A stretch of 44,692 nt of DNA from a virus, in the IMG/VR virus record IMGVR_UViG_3300029263_000582. The stretch is one strand, 5' to 3'. The position numbers and the translations under genes were made by a program. Shown here piece after piece: positions 22,327-31,012 of the stretch. Each line of letters opens with the position of its first letter. The stretch's first letter is position 1. The notes beneath the pieces are model-generated. The model did no database searches. It worked only from the letters and a program-made list of their open reading frames with translations, and was not told the DNA's origin.

Positions 22327-24365
22327 TGCATGTATATGTGTTCGACTTAGAAGCTAACGGTTTACTTGACGTAGCTACGGTAGTTCACTGCGGCTCGTTC
22401 AAGAATACACAGACAGGAGAGGTTACGTCATTCCGACCTGATGAGATACAGAGTATGCTAGCCTTCATGGAGAAAGCTGACGTACTTATAGGACATAACT
22501 GTATACATTATGACTTCCCTTTACTTAAGAAGCTTCACGACTTCGAGTACAACGGTCAGGTAGTTGATACAGTATGGATGTCAAGGATGCTTTACCCTGA
22601 TATACAACGTCCTAAGCAGATGGTTATAGACCATAGCGTTAAGCGCACTGAAGTTGCTTACATGGTCAAGGAAGGGTTACTGCCTGAGGGCTTCCGTGCT
22701 CACCTCTCAGGGCCTCATAGTATAGAGGCTTGGGGTTACAGGCTAGGGCATGGTAAGCTTGAGTACAACGACTGGGAGACCTTTGACGAGGGTATGCTTG
22801 ACCGTTGTGAGGGTGACGTACTGATACAAGAGATGCTCTTCAAGACTCTTAAGGCAGAGGGAGAGAAAAGAGGATTCCCTAAAGAATCCTTTAATGTAAC
22901 CTTCGAGCTTATGCAGATACTAGCTGACTCAGAACAACGAGGCTGGCCTGTTGATGTACCTCTTGCACAGAAGTACGAGCTTCAGTTACAGCGTTGGATG
23001 CGTATGATACAAGACGTTACGTATCCTTACTTACCTATGGTGCTTGAAGTCCTTGAAGGAAAGAAAGACGGAGAGGTTAACTGGGTACGTAAGCCGTTCC
23101 TTAAGTCAGGTAAGTACTCAGCTATCGTAGCTAGGCATGACCCTCACCTTGAGAACAAGACAGCTAAGGAAGGCTACGTAGCAGGGCCGTTCACTAGGGT
23201 ACAGTTCAGACGTATGAACCTAGGCTCTGATGATGAGGTTAAGAAGTACCTCCTTGATGCAGGGTGGATACCGGAGGAATGGAACTACAAGAAAGACCCT
23301 AAGACTAAGCGTAACCTTAAGGATAATAACGGTAAGATTATTCCAACATCGCCTAAGCTAAGTCAGTCAGACCCTTTCATAGGGGTTGATGGTAAGGTAG
23401 GTAGGTTACTTGCTAAGTTCATTCAGGTAAGACACAGACTGTCCTTAATACAGGGCATTCTTAAGAGGGTGCGTCCTGATGGTACAGTAGGTCAGGTCAT
23501 TACAGGTATAGCTGCTACTGGTAGGCTTAAGCACTCCGTTATAGTTAATATACCGGGAGGTGACAGCTTCTATGGTAAGCAGTGTCGTAAGATATTCAAG
23601 GCACCTGATGGGTACAGGATAGTAGGTACTGATGCTAGCTCCTGTCAGGATAGAATGCTAGCAGCCCGTGCTAATAACCCTGAGTTAACTAGGATGTTAC
23701 TCGAAGGGGACAAGAGCAAGGGTACTGATATGCATACCTTGAATACAGTAGCTATTAACGAGCGACTACGTCCTCTAGGTGTAGCGGATATACTACGTTC
23801 GTCTGGTAAGGCTATAGGTCTAGGCTGTAAGTTCGGTGCATCTGATAAGAAGTTAGGTGACATGGTACTTGCTCCTGCTAAACAGGCTCAAGCTGTTGGT
23901 GCTGAGGTACGAGAGGCGTTAGCTGAGGTAGCCCCTGCACAGGCTGAGCTTATTGAACAGATGACTAAAGAATGGAGGAGCACAGCTAAGGTACGTACAG
24001 GGCCTTGGGGTAAACCTGAGCTGTACGGTGGTACAATCAAGGGTCTTGATGGACGACCTGTTACTATTAACTCAGAGCATACTGTACTGGTATACGGACT
24101 ACAGTCCGATGAAGCTATCATGATGCAGTACGCTTTAGTATTCCTTGAAAGGAAGCTAAAAGAGAAAGGTTGGAAACGTGGTGTGCATTACTGGGTAGCA
24201 GCTGTAGTGCATGATGAACAACAAGTAATCGTAAGAGAAGACTTAGCCGAGACGTTCGCTACTCTCGCTGAGAAATCAATTGAAGTATCAAGTAACTATC
24301 TTAAGCTGGCAGTACCTCAAGCAGGTGAGTCAGAGATAGGCATGAACTGGTACGCAACCCACTAA
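22326..24365 (+). CDS. Family A DNA polymerase (T7 gp5-like) with 3'-5' exonuclease
   Basis: Exo motifs VFDLEANGL and HNCIHYDFPLL. Pol motif A GTDASSCQDRMLA, motif B GKAIGLGCKFGASDKKLG, motif C VVHDEQQV. Confidence 0.9.
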   Translation: MHVYVFDLEANGLLDVATVVHCGSFKNTQTGEVTSFRPDEIQSMLAFMEKADVLIGHNCIHYDFPLLKKLHDFEYNGQVVDTVWMSRMLYPDIQRPKQMVIDHSVKRTEVAYMVKEGLLPEGFRAHLSGPHSIEAWGYRLGHGKLEYNDWETFDEGMLDRCEGDVLIQEMLFKTLKAEGEKRGFPKESFNVTFELMQILADSEQRGWPVDVPLAQKYELQLQRWMRMIQDVTYPYLPMVLEVLEGKKDGEVNWVRKPFLKSGKYSAIVARHDPHLENKTAKEGYVAGPFTRVQFRRMNLGSDDEVKKYLLDAGWIPEEWNYKKDPKTKRNLKDNNGKIIPTSPKLSQSDPFIGVDGKVGRLLAKFIQVRHRLSLIQGILKRVRPDGTVGQVITGIAATGRLKHSVIVNIPGGDSFYGKQCRKIFKAPDGYRIVGTDASSCQDRMLAARANNPELTRMLLEGDKSKGTDMHTLNTVAINERLRPLGVADILRSSGKAIGLGCKFGASDKKLGDMVLAPAKQAQAVGAEVREALAEVAPAQAELIEQMTKEWRSTAKVRTGPWGKPELYGGTIKGLDGRPVTINSEHTVLVYGLQSDEAIMMQYALVFLERKLKEKGWKRGVHYWVAAVVHDEQQVIVREDLAETFATLAEKSIEVSSNYLKLAVPQAGESEIGMNWYATH

Positions 24366-24377
24366 GGAAAATAATAC

Positions 24378-25034
24378 ATGGCTTTAAATATTAATAACGC
24401 ACCTAAATCATCTGGTAAAGTCTCACCTATCCCTGAGGCTGACACACACCGTGCTGTAGTGATAGAGGTAATCGGCCTAGGCTTACAGGACTGCGGTTCA
24501 TGGAAAGGAGAGAAGAAACCTAATAAGGTTAAGATTCGTTTAACTTATGAACTGCCTGACCAGACAGCTGAGTTCGACGGGGAGACTAAACCTCTTATTG
24601 TATCAGAAGAGATTAACTTCTCTAACCACGAGAAGTCGGACTTAGTTGCTCGATTTAACCAGTTAGATCCTACGAATGAGTTCAAAGGGGACATCACTAA
24701 GCTATTAGGTAAGTCATGCTTAGTTACTGTATCTCACCGAGTAGGTACAGGTAAATTCGCTGGCCGTACGTTCGCTAACATAGCAGCAGTCTCTGCTCTT
24801 CCTAAGATTCTACCTAAGGTAGAGGAAATCTTTAACCCGTTAGTATCTTATGACCCTGATGAGCCTGATGCAGAGGTCTTCGCTTCTCTTCCTGAGTTCA
24901 TGCAGACTAAGATTAATAACCGCCTTGATGCACCTCATAACGCTGTTAAGCAAGAGGTTAAAGAAGAGGAAGACGAGTCTGATATCCCATCAGGTGAGAA
25001 GTTCGAGACCCCTGACGTGAGTGGTGACTGGTAA
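24378..25034 (+). CDS. Probable ssDNA-binding protein (T7 gp2.5-like logic)
   Basis: 218 aa between the polymerase and the exonuclease. Strongly acidic C-terminal tail ending in an aromatic residue (EEEDESDIPSGEKFETPDVSGDW). Confidence 0.5.
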   Translation: MALNINNAPKSSGKVSPIPEADTHRAVVIEVIGLGLQDCGSWKGEKKPNKVKIRLTYELPDQTAEFDGETKPLIVSEEINFSNHEKSDLVARFNQLDPTNEFKGDITKLLGKSCLVTVSHRVGTGKFAGRTFANIAAVSALPKILPKVEEIFNPLVSYDPDEPDAEVFASLPEFMQTKINNRLDAPHNAVKQEVKEEEDESDIPSGEKFETPDVSGDW

Positions 25035-25261
25035 TGAGTGACTACCAAGGATTCTATAACTTAGAAAATGGGTGGTCTGGTCATGTTGGAATGAACTTCC
25101 TGCCCTTCTTTGTGTACCTAAGGGCAAGAGGTGCTCCTCTAAAAGGAGCCTTCGAGGAAGAGTACCAAGACTTCCTCTTAGACATGGAGCTAAGCCACAG
25201 TGCTTTCTTAAGGGAGTGGTGTGAAGAGCAGTACCAGCACTACTATGAATGTGGCCACTAG
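25034..25261 (+). CDS. Hypothetical protein
   Basis: 75-aa ORF with a TAATG overlap with the upstream gene. Confidence 0.55.
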   Translation: MSDYQGFYNLENGWSGHVGMNFLPFFVYLRARGAPLKGAFEEEYQDFLLDMELSHSAFLREWCEEQYQHYYECGH

Positions 25262-25269
25262 GAGTTATA

Positions 25270-26139
25270 ATGCTAAAGATTAACAGACCTGAACCCAGAC
25301 CTAAGAGCATCAAGGCTCAAGAGGAAGGGTGGTACGGGCTGTTCGACTTCGACCTATGGGCTTATGATATAGGCTTTGCGGCAGATGCAGGGGACGACCC
25401 CCTGCCCCTGTCGTGGGCTATCAAGGTAGTCGATCAGCGCATGGAAGATATATGTCAAACCCTGAACCTTCGGGAATACGAGGGGTTTATAACAGGGACG
25501 GATAACTTCCGTTACGATATAGCTAAGCAAGTACCTTATAAGTCAGGACGTAGTACAGGTAAACCTAGGCACTACCAAGCTATCAGAGATTATTTAGTCA
25601 AGGCTCATAACTGTACACTTGTAGAGGGTATAGAGGCTGACGATGCACTAGCTATCCGACAGACTGAACTAGGTAGTAACAGTATTATCATCAGTCGTGA
25701 CAAAGACTTACGTCAAGTACCCGGCTGGCAGTACGGATACCCTGTTGGTAATCAACCTGAGTTCGGCCCTTGGAAGTACGACGAGATAGGAGAACTTGAG
25801 CTGCATGTTAAGTACAAAGAGAAAGACGGTGTTAAGAGGGTCAGTAGCACTAAGCTATCAGGTGGTGGTAGTAAGTTCTTTTACTCACAAGTCCTGACAG
25901 GAGACCCTACTGACACGTACCCCGGACTTAAGGGGTGTGGTAACGCTAAGGCGTACAAGGTTCTGAATGAGACGGAGAGCGTACGAGAGATGTACGAGGC
26001 ATGTCTTGCCCTGTATGAAGAGAAGTACCCTGAGAACGCCGCTGAGATGCTTAGAGAGCAGGCTCAGTTAGCATGGATGGTACGAGAGTACGACGTTAAG
26101 AATAATAAACCTATTATGTGGAGAGAACCGGATGAGTAA
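25270..26139 (+). CDS. 5'-3' exonuclease (T7 gp6/FEN-like)
   Basis: GIEADDALAI and IISRDKDLRQVPGW are acidic-cluster motifs. I prefer the ATG at 25270 (AGGAG RBS) over the track start at 25249. Confidence 0.75.
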   Translation: MLKINRPEPRPKSIKAQEEGWYGLFDFDLWAYDIGFAADAGDDPLPLSWAIKVVDQRMEDICQTLNLREYEGFITGTDNFRYDIAKQVPYKSGRSTGKPRHYQAIRDYLVKAHNCTLVEGIEADDALAIRQTELGSNSIIISRDKDLRQVPGWQYGYPVGNQPEFGPWKYDEIGELELHVKYKEKDGVKRVSSTKLSGGGSKFFYSQVLTGDPTDTYPGLKGCGNAKAYKVLNETESVREMYEACLALYEEKYPENAAEMLREQAQLAWMVREYDVKNNKPIMWREPDE

Positions 26140-26479
26140 AATAGGTAATAGAAAATGGTACGTTAACCCTACGGTTGCTACTAAGATTTCCGACATAACC
26201 CAGTGGCACTACGACAGGAATACTATAGAAGGTTCAGATAACATCCATCAGTACCATAAGCTTATCCAAGAGTGCGGGGAACTGTCCGATAACCTTATCA
26301 AGAACAAGGACAGACGTGACGACTACGGTGATATCATGACAGTACTAATAGGTATGATGGAACGTGACGGATATACCGTTCAGGAGTGCTTAGAGAAAGC
26401 CTACGAGGATATCAAAGACCGTAAGGGTACTATGATTAATAACGTATTCGTTAAGGAGGCTGATAGTGTTCAGGGTTAA
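26132..26479 (+). CDS. MazG-like nucleoside triphosphate pyrophosphohydrolase
   Basis: LIQECGELSDNL and DDYGDIMTVLIGMMERDG match the E..E / D..GD helices of all-alpha NTP-PPases. Confidence 0.7.
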   Translation: MSKIGNRKWYVNPTVATKISDITQWHYDRNTIEGSDNIHQYHKLIQECGELSDNLIKNKDRRDDYGDIMTVLIGMMERDGYTVQECLEKAYEDIKDRKGTMINNVFVKEADSVQG

Positions 26480-26657
26480 GCAGGATGTACGTATTAAGAA
26501 ACCACTAGGTACTTGCTGTGGAGTAGGTAACTGCGGTACTACAACAAAGATTAAGGATTTATTCTTTACGTCTCCGTTCAGTCAAGGTGATAGACGTATG
26601 GCGTATGAACTAGAGACAGGGGACATAGTCCTTGAAGAACAACTGGAGGCAGTATGA
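26466..26657 (+). CDS. Hypothetical protein
   Basis: 63-aa ORF with a GTG start, overlapping both neighbours. Confidence 0.5.
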   Translation: MFRVKQDVRIKKPLGTCCGVGNCGTTTKIKDLFFTSPFSQGDRRMAYELETGDIVLEEQLEAV

Positions 26658-26884
26658 GCTTACAAGATAAGTGGGACGAAGAAGACGACGAACTTATGTG
26701 CTTACATAACCCTGACATCAACCCCGGTATGCAGCTAACTAAGTTACAGACTAGATACGAGTACTGGATTAAGCAGAGAGCTAACGCTAAGGATGCACCA
26801 GCAAGAGCAGCAGCTGACGCTATGATAGATATGATACGGGAAGCAATGGATAACTCAATATACGAGGTAGCGTGTGAATCATGA
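26654..26884 (+). CDS. Hypothetical acidic protein
   Basis: 76-aa ORF with an ATGA overlap upstream. Confidence 0.55.
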   Translation: MSLQDKWDEEDDELMCLHNPDINPGMQLTKLQTRYEYWIKQRANAKDAPARAAADAMIDMIREAMDNSIYEVACES

Positions 26885-27314
26885 GCAGATTATCTCCCAA
26901 AGGCTTAAGCCTAAAGAAGTCCCTGACTACCGTAAGGCATTACTTCGTAAGCAGAACAATATCTGCCCTCTTTGCGGTAACGTTATACGTCCTGACCAAG
27001 CGGTTCTCGACCATGACCACGGAACAGGCCGTGTTAGAGCAGTACTGCACCGCCAGTGTAATCAGGTCGAAGGCCGAGTACTCTCTTGGGTTTCTAGAAC
27101 AGGCCAGAATTGCACTACGCCGGACTTCATTAGAAACCTCCTTACGTACTGGTCTGTAGAATACGAAGACAATAAACTTCATCCCTCCCATAAGTCAGAA
27201 GAGGAGCAGCTGGCTCAGCAGCAACGTAAACGCCTTAAGAAACTTAAGTCACCTAAGCACAGAGCAGCAGCTAAAGCTGAACTAGATAAACTACTACAGG
27301 ATATGAAACTATGA
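26874..27314 (+). CDS. Endonuclease VII-family (Holliday junction resolvase-type) nuclease
   Basis: QNNICPLCG...AVLDHDHGTGRVRAVLHRQCNQVEG is the Endonuclease_7 zinc/His-Me signature. Basic C-terminal tail. Confidence 0.8.
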   Translation: MNHEQIISQRLKPKEVPDYRKALLRKQNNICPLCGNVIRPDQAVLDHDHGTGRVRAVLHRQCNQVEGRVLSWVSRTGQNCTTPDFIRNLLTYWSVEYEDNKLHPSHKSEEEQLAQQQRKRLKKLKSPKHRAAAKAELDKLLQDMKL

Positions 27315-28066
27315 AGACATTAATTATTGATATCGAGACAGCACCAAGTATAGCTTACGTATGGCAGATGTGGAAAGCTAACATAGGACTTAATCAGGTA
27401 GAAGAACGTGGGTATCTTATGTCCTACGCTGCTAAGTGGTTAGGTTCAGACGAGACTTTCTATAATGAGAACCGACACGGTAATGACAAAGGTTTAGTAG
27501 AAGAAATCATACAGCTGTTCGACGAGGCTGATGTAGTAATAGCACATAACGCTGATAAGTTCGACGTACCTACGGTTAATGCAAGGGCTATCTTCCACGG
27601 TATCCCACCTAACAGCCCGTTCCGTACGATTGATACCCTTAAGGTAGCTAAGGCAAGGTTCAGGTTCGAACGTAACAGCCTAGCTTTCCTGTCTAAGTAC
27701 TTAGGTGTACAAGAGAAGCTAAGTCATACTACATTCCCCGGCTTTGAGCTGTGGTTACAGTGTCTTAAGCAGAACGATGAAGCTTGGCATGAGATGAAGG
27801 TGTACAATATCCAAGATGTTGACACACTAGAGCAAGTGTACATGCGACTACGTCCTTGGATTAAGAATCCTCCTAGTCATGGTGTGTATACTGACGAGCA
27901 AGTCTGCCCTAACTGTGGAGGTAAGCATTTACATAAACGAGGCACGTACAGTACTAACATCAGTACCTTCCAACGCTTTAAGTGCTTAGATTGTGGGGGC
28001 TGGTCACGTGCTAGACAGAACATTAGAAACAAAGAGGCTGTTAAGGCTTCATTAGTGGGGGTATAA
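27311..28066 (+). CDS. RNase-H-fold 3'-5' exonuclease (PolB-exo-like) with C-terminal zinc ribbon
   Basis: LIIDIETAP, VIAHNADKFDVP and YNIQDVDTL are the DEDD motifs. CPNCGG...CLDCGG near the C-terminus. Confidence 0.6.
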   Translation: MKTLIIDIETAPSIAYVWQMWKANIGLNQVEERGYLMSYAAKWLGSDETFYNENRHGNDKGLVEEIIQLFDEADVVIAHNADKFDVPTVNARAIFHGIPPNSPFRTIDTLKVAKARFRFERNSLAFLSKYLGVQEKLSHTTFPGFELWLQCLKQNDEAWHEMKVYNIQDVDTLEQVYMRLRPWIKNPPSHGVYTDEQVCPNCGGKHLHKRGTYSTNISTFQRFKCLDCGGWSRARQNIRNKEAVKASLVGV

Positions 28067-28548
28067 TGCAGATTAAATACGAGTATCAGGAACTGAAGTC
28101 CTTTATCCATGAACTTCTGGATAAGATAGCTATAGCTAGTAATCGTCCCGGTATCTATAAGTCTCACGTAGCTGAGTTACTTCTTATGATAGCAGCTCAT
28201 GAGTCCAAAGGTACTGAATACAGAGAACAGCTAGGAGGTGGCCCTGCGAAGGGCATCTTCCAGATAGAACCAGAGACTCATGATAGTATCTGGGATAACT
28301 CTGACATCATTCACGAGGTAGCTAAGTCCTGTGGTATACGTAGGAACGTTGACCTCCTTGAGAACGATGATGTGTACAGCGTATTCATGGCGAGGATGTA
28401 CATAGCTATGGATTCTAGCCCTTGTCCTAAGCCACCTAGCTATAAGAACATGGCTAAGTACTGCAAGGAGTACTGGAATCGTACTGGCAAGGCTACTTGG
28501 GAGAAGTACAACGATGATTACATGGCATACAAGAGGGGTGATATATAA
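28066..28548 (+). CDS. Lytic transglycosylase (SLT-domain) / probable endolysin
   Basis: AAHESKGTEYREQLGGGPAKGIFQIEPETH matches the E-S...G(L/I)(M/F)Q signature of SLT domains. Confidence 0.7.
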   Translation: MQIKYEYQELKSFIHELLDKIAIASNRPGIYKSHVAELLLMIAAHESKGTEYREQLGGGPAKGIFQIEPETHDSIWDNSDIIHEVAKSCGIRRNVDLLENDDVYSVFMARMYIAMDSSPCPKPPSYKNMAKYCKEYWNRTGKATWEKYNDDYMAYKRGDI

Positions 28549-28634
28549 TGGAGTACTTAGGTTATCTTCTATTCCCTAGCTACGAGAGCTACGGACGACA
28601 ACTAACACTAACTGGGAGAGTTTACTGCTTATGA
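28548..28634 (+). CDS. Possible 28-aa coupling micro-ORF
   Basis: MEYLGYLLFPSYESYGRQLTLTGRVYCL. TAATG and ATGA overlaps bridge the gap exactly. Confidence 0.25.
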   Translation: MEYLGYLLFPSYESYGRQLTLTGRVYCL

Positions 28635-29230
28635 GCGCAATGAAGTTCGATACCGATAAACCTATGATGGACTTAGTAAGGCCTGAGTTCGTACAGGGAG
28701 TAGCATCTGTCCTTACATTCGGGGCACAGAAGTACGCCGCTCATAACTGGACTAAGGGATTAGACTACTCAAGACTGATAGCCGCACTTAAGCGACACCT
28801 AGCTGAGATAGAGAAAGGGAATGACTTCGATGAGGAGTCAGGACTTAGACATGTGTACCACGTAGGGTGTTGCACTATGTTCTTAGCCTGCTTTCAAGAA
28901 TGGAATAGAGAAGAGCTTGATGATAGATTAAAATTAGGAGATGTACTTGGTATACATAGTAATGTTCGTGGTAAGCTTTCTGATGATAGCACTCAAGGCG
29001 TTCCAGCAACTAAACGTAATGCACGACAAGAAATTATTGGTAGTACCGACGAGCTTTCTGATGGCGGTGTGCGAGTTCAGTACAATAAGTCTGGTTCTGA
29101 CAACCCAGAGCTGGCTCCTCGTCATTCCGCTAGGATTCGGAGGAGCACTCGGGTGTCTTACGTCGATGCACCTTCACAAGAAGTTCAGGACGAAGTAAGA
29201 AAGACTATTAATTTTATACTAGATAATTAG
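28631..29230 (+). CDS. dATP/dGTP diphosphohydrolase-N-domain (DUF5664)-like protein with atypical C-terminal extension
   Basis: KFDTDKPMMDLVRPEFVQGVASVLTFGAQKYAAHNWTKGLDYSRLIAALKRHL..DEESGLRHVYHVGCCTMFL matches my memory of that family. The last ~100 aa are low-complexity and overlap a TM ORF in another frame. Confidence 0.55.
   Translation: MSAMKFDTDKPMMDLVRPEFVQGVASVLTFGAQKYAAHNWTKGLDYSRLIAALKRHLAEIEKGNDFDEESGLRHVYHVGCCTMFLACFQEWNREELDDRLKLGDVLGIHSNVRGKLSDDSTQGVPATKRNARQEIIGSTDELSDGGVRVQYNKSGSDNPELAPRHSARIRRSTRVSYVDAPSQEVQDEVRKTINFILDN
28941..29198 (+). CDS. Embedded alternative-frame membrane ORF (85 aa, 2-3 TM)
   Basis: MYLVYIVMFVVSFLMIALKAF...LLVVPTSFLMAVCEFSTISLVL...WLLVIPLGFGGALGCL...HLHKKFRTK. 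The hydrophobic segments and basic tail look protein-like. However, GGAG abuts the ATG with no spacing. An alternative start is at 28962. Confidence 0.3.
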   Translation: MYLVYIVMFVVSFLMIALKAFQQLNVMHDKKLLVVPTSFLMAVCEFSTISLVLTTQSWLLVIPLGFGGALGCLTSMHLHKKFRTK

Positions 29231-31012
29231 TTACTCAGGTTGAGTAGCACCAGTCATGCCGTCGATGGGTTGAATCTCTTCGATGGCTTGACGTATCCCT
29301 AACCCCGCATTAATCACCGGTAATAAATCCTCTATATCCCCACCAGTTAACTTCGAATAAACAATCAACTCATCATTCAAAGCAATCTCCATCTTCTTAA
29401 GACGCTGTCTGTAATCAGAGTTACCTACAGCAGAAGCTACTGCACTGAACTCAGAAGGCGAACGTTCTTGGTCAGTCACTGGCTCGATACGTAGACGTGA
29501 ACCTTTAACACTAACAGAGTAAGGTAACTTACTAGCATCACTAAGCTGAGGAGGACGTAGACTAGGGACTAATGTCTCAGTCAAGAACGTACTAAGTCTT
29601 CCTTGCATCACATCCTCAAGAGGCATACCATTATCCTCGACAGCAGTACGTATAGCTTGTATACTTTCAGGAGTGAAGTTCTGATTCTTCATAGTCTGAA
29701 TAGCACGATGCATACCTGTACTGTTATTAGCATTCTCCCTCACCTTACGGTTAGGGCTGATACTGTCCATCAAGGCAGCAGCTACTATCTCCCCACCTTT
29801 AGTATTGTACTCATCCTGTACAGAAGCATCCATCTTGTATACATAATCGAATACGCTACCTACAGTTAAATAAGGCGTAGTACTATTACTCCCTGCTGAC
29901 AGTCTAGCCTGAGCAGGAGAACTGCTCCACATATCAGTAACAGCCTGAATAGTAGAGTTAGTGCTGTCAGCTGCCTGTGCTCCTGAGCTAGCTACACTTA
30001 ATGCTGACTCCATAGAGGTCATAAGGTTAGGCGCCCAGATACTCATGTTATAAGCAGTAGGGTCTTTCTCTCGCAGTAGCTGCATAGCATCTGACTCTTG
30101 GATAGCTTCACGAGTAGCGTTCCTAGTCTTGATATGCTCAGAGTTAATGAAGTCACGTGTACTCTTAAGTCGGTTAAGGTAACGTTCGTAGTAACTATTA
30201 GGTACATCAGCTGGATTACCACCTGCTGCTGTTACTGCTTCATCAAATGCTGCACGTCCACGTGTAATCTGATAAGAGATATTACTGTTGTACTGAGCCT
30301 TAAGTGCCTCTGCCTTAGCAGGGTCAGATTGTATGTTCAATGCTAAGTGCTCAACACCCGCATCAACAGCCACCCCTAGTGTACCTATAGCTGACTGAGC
30401 TGCTAGAGTAGAAGCCTGTACTGCTTCGCTCTGAGTAAGACTGTTAAGCTGTGAGCGGTTAGCTAGACGTTGAGACTCAGCAGACAGACGCATCTGTTCA
30501 GCATCTTGCTTACGACCATAACGTATAAGCTGCTCTTCGGTGAACTGACTAGGGTCTTGACCGATAGACGTAACAACTAAAGCACCTGTCTGACTTAGCT
30601 TGATGTTGTTCTCCTGTTCAGCCTTAGCTTTCTGTTCAAGAAGTTCTATCTCAGCATCACGGTCTGACTTAATAGGTGACTCACCGAACGTAGTCTTAAA
30701 GCTGTCCTGAAAGACTGTCTTCCCTGCTGAATTCAACCCTGATAAGTTAGATGTGTACTGAGTAGCTAACCAACGTTCAGCAGCTGCACCTCCACGCTCT
30801 GACTTAACTGACTGGTACTGAGTAGCTAGTTTATTAACCTTCCCCTGTATCTCGTTAGTCTTATCCTCAGGTTGGAACAGAGAGCCTACGACAGGAGCTA
30901 AGCTACTAGCTAATGAACCAAGAGCTTGCATGTTAGACGTACTAGCTGAAGGCGCAGCAGGTGTACTGCTGGCCCCCTGTGCTGTAGTCTGTATTGGTGT
31001 AGTGAATGCCAT
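29231..31012 (-). CDS. Virion-associated protein (last gene of late arm), function unknown
   Basis: 593 aa, A/S/Q-rich, translationally coupled to the 1607-aa ORF (ATGA-type overlap at 31012). Confidence 0.7.
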   Translation of the reverse strand: MAFTTPIQTTAQGASSTPAAPSASTSNMQALGSLASSLAPVVGSLFQPEDKTNEIQGKVNKLATQYQSVKSERGGAAAERWLATQYTSNLSGLNSAGKTVFQDSFKTTFGESPIKSDRDAEIELLEQKAKAEQENNIKLSQTGALVVTSIGQDPSQFTEEQLIRYGRKQDAEQMRLSAESQRLANRSQLNSLTQSEAVQASTLAAQSAIGTLGVAVDAGVEHLALNIQSDPAKAEALKAQYNSNISYQITRGRAAFDEAVTAAGGNPADVPNSYYERYLNRLKSTRDFINSEHIKTRNATREAIQESDAMQLLREKDPTAYNMSIWAPNLMTSMESALSVASSGAQAADSTNSTIQAVTDMWSSSPAQARLSAGSNSTTPYLTVGSVFDYVYKMDASVQDEYNTKGGEIVAAALMDSISPNRKVRENANNSTGMHRAIQTMKNQNFTPESIQAIRTAVEDNGMPLEDVMQGRLSTFLTETLVPSLRPPQLSDASKLPYSVSVKGSRLRIEPVTDQERSPSEFSAVASAVGNSDYRQRLKKMEIALNDELIVYSKLTGGDIEDLLPVINAGLGIRQAIEEIQPIDGMTGATQPE

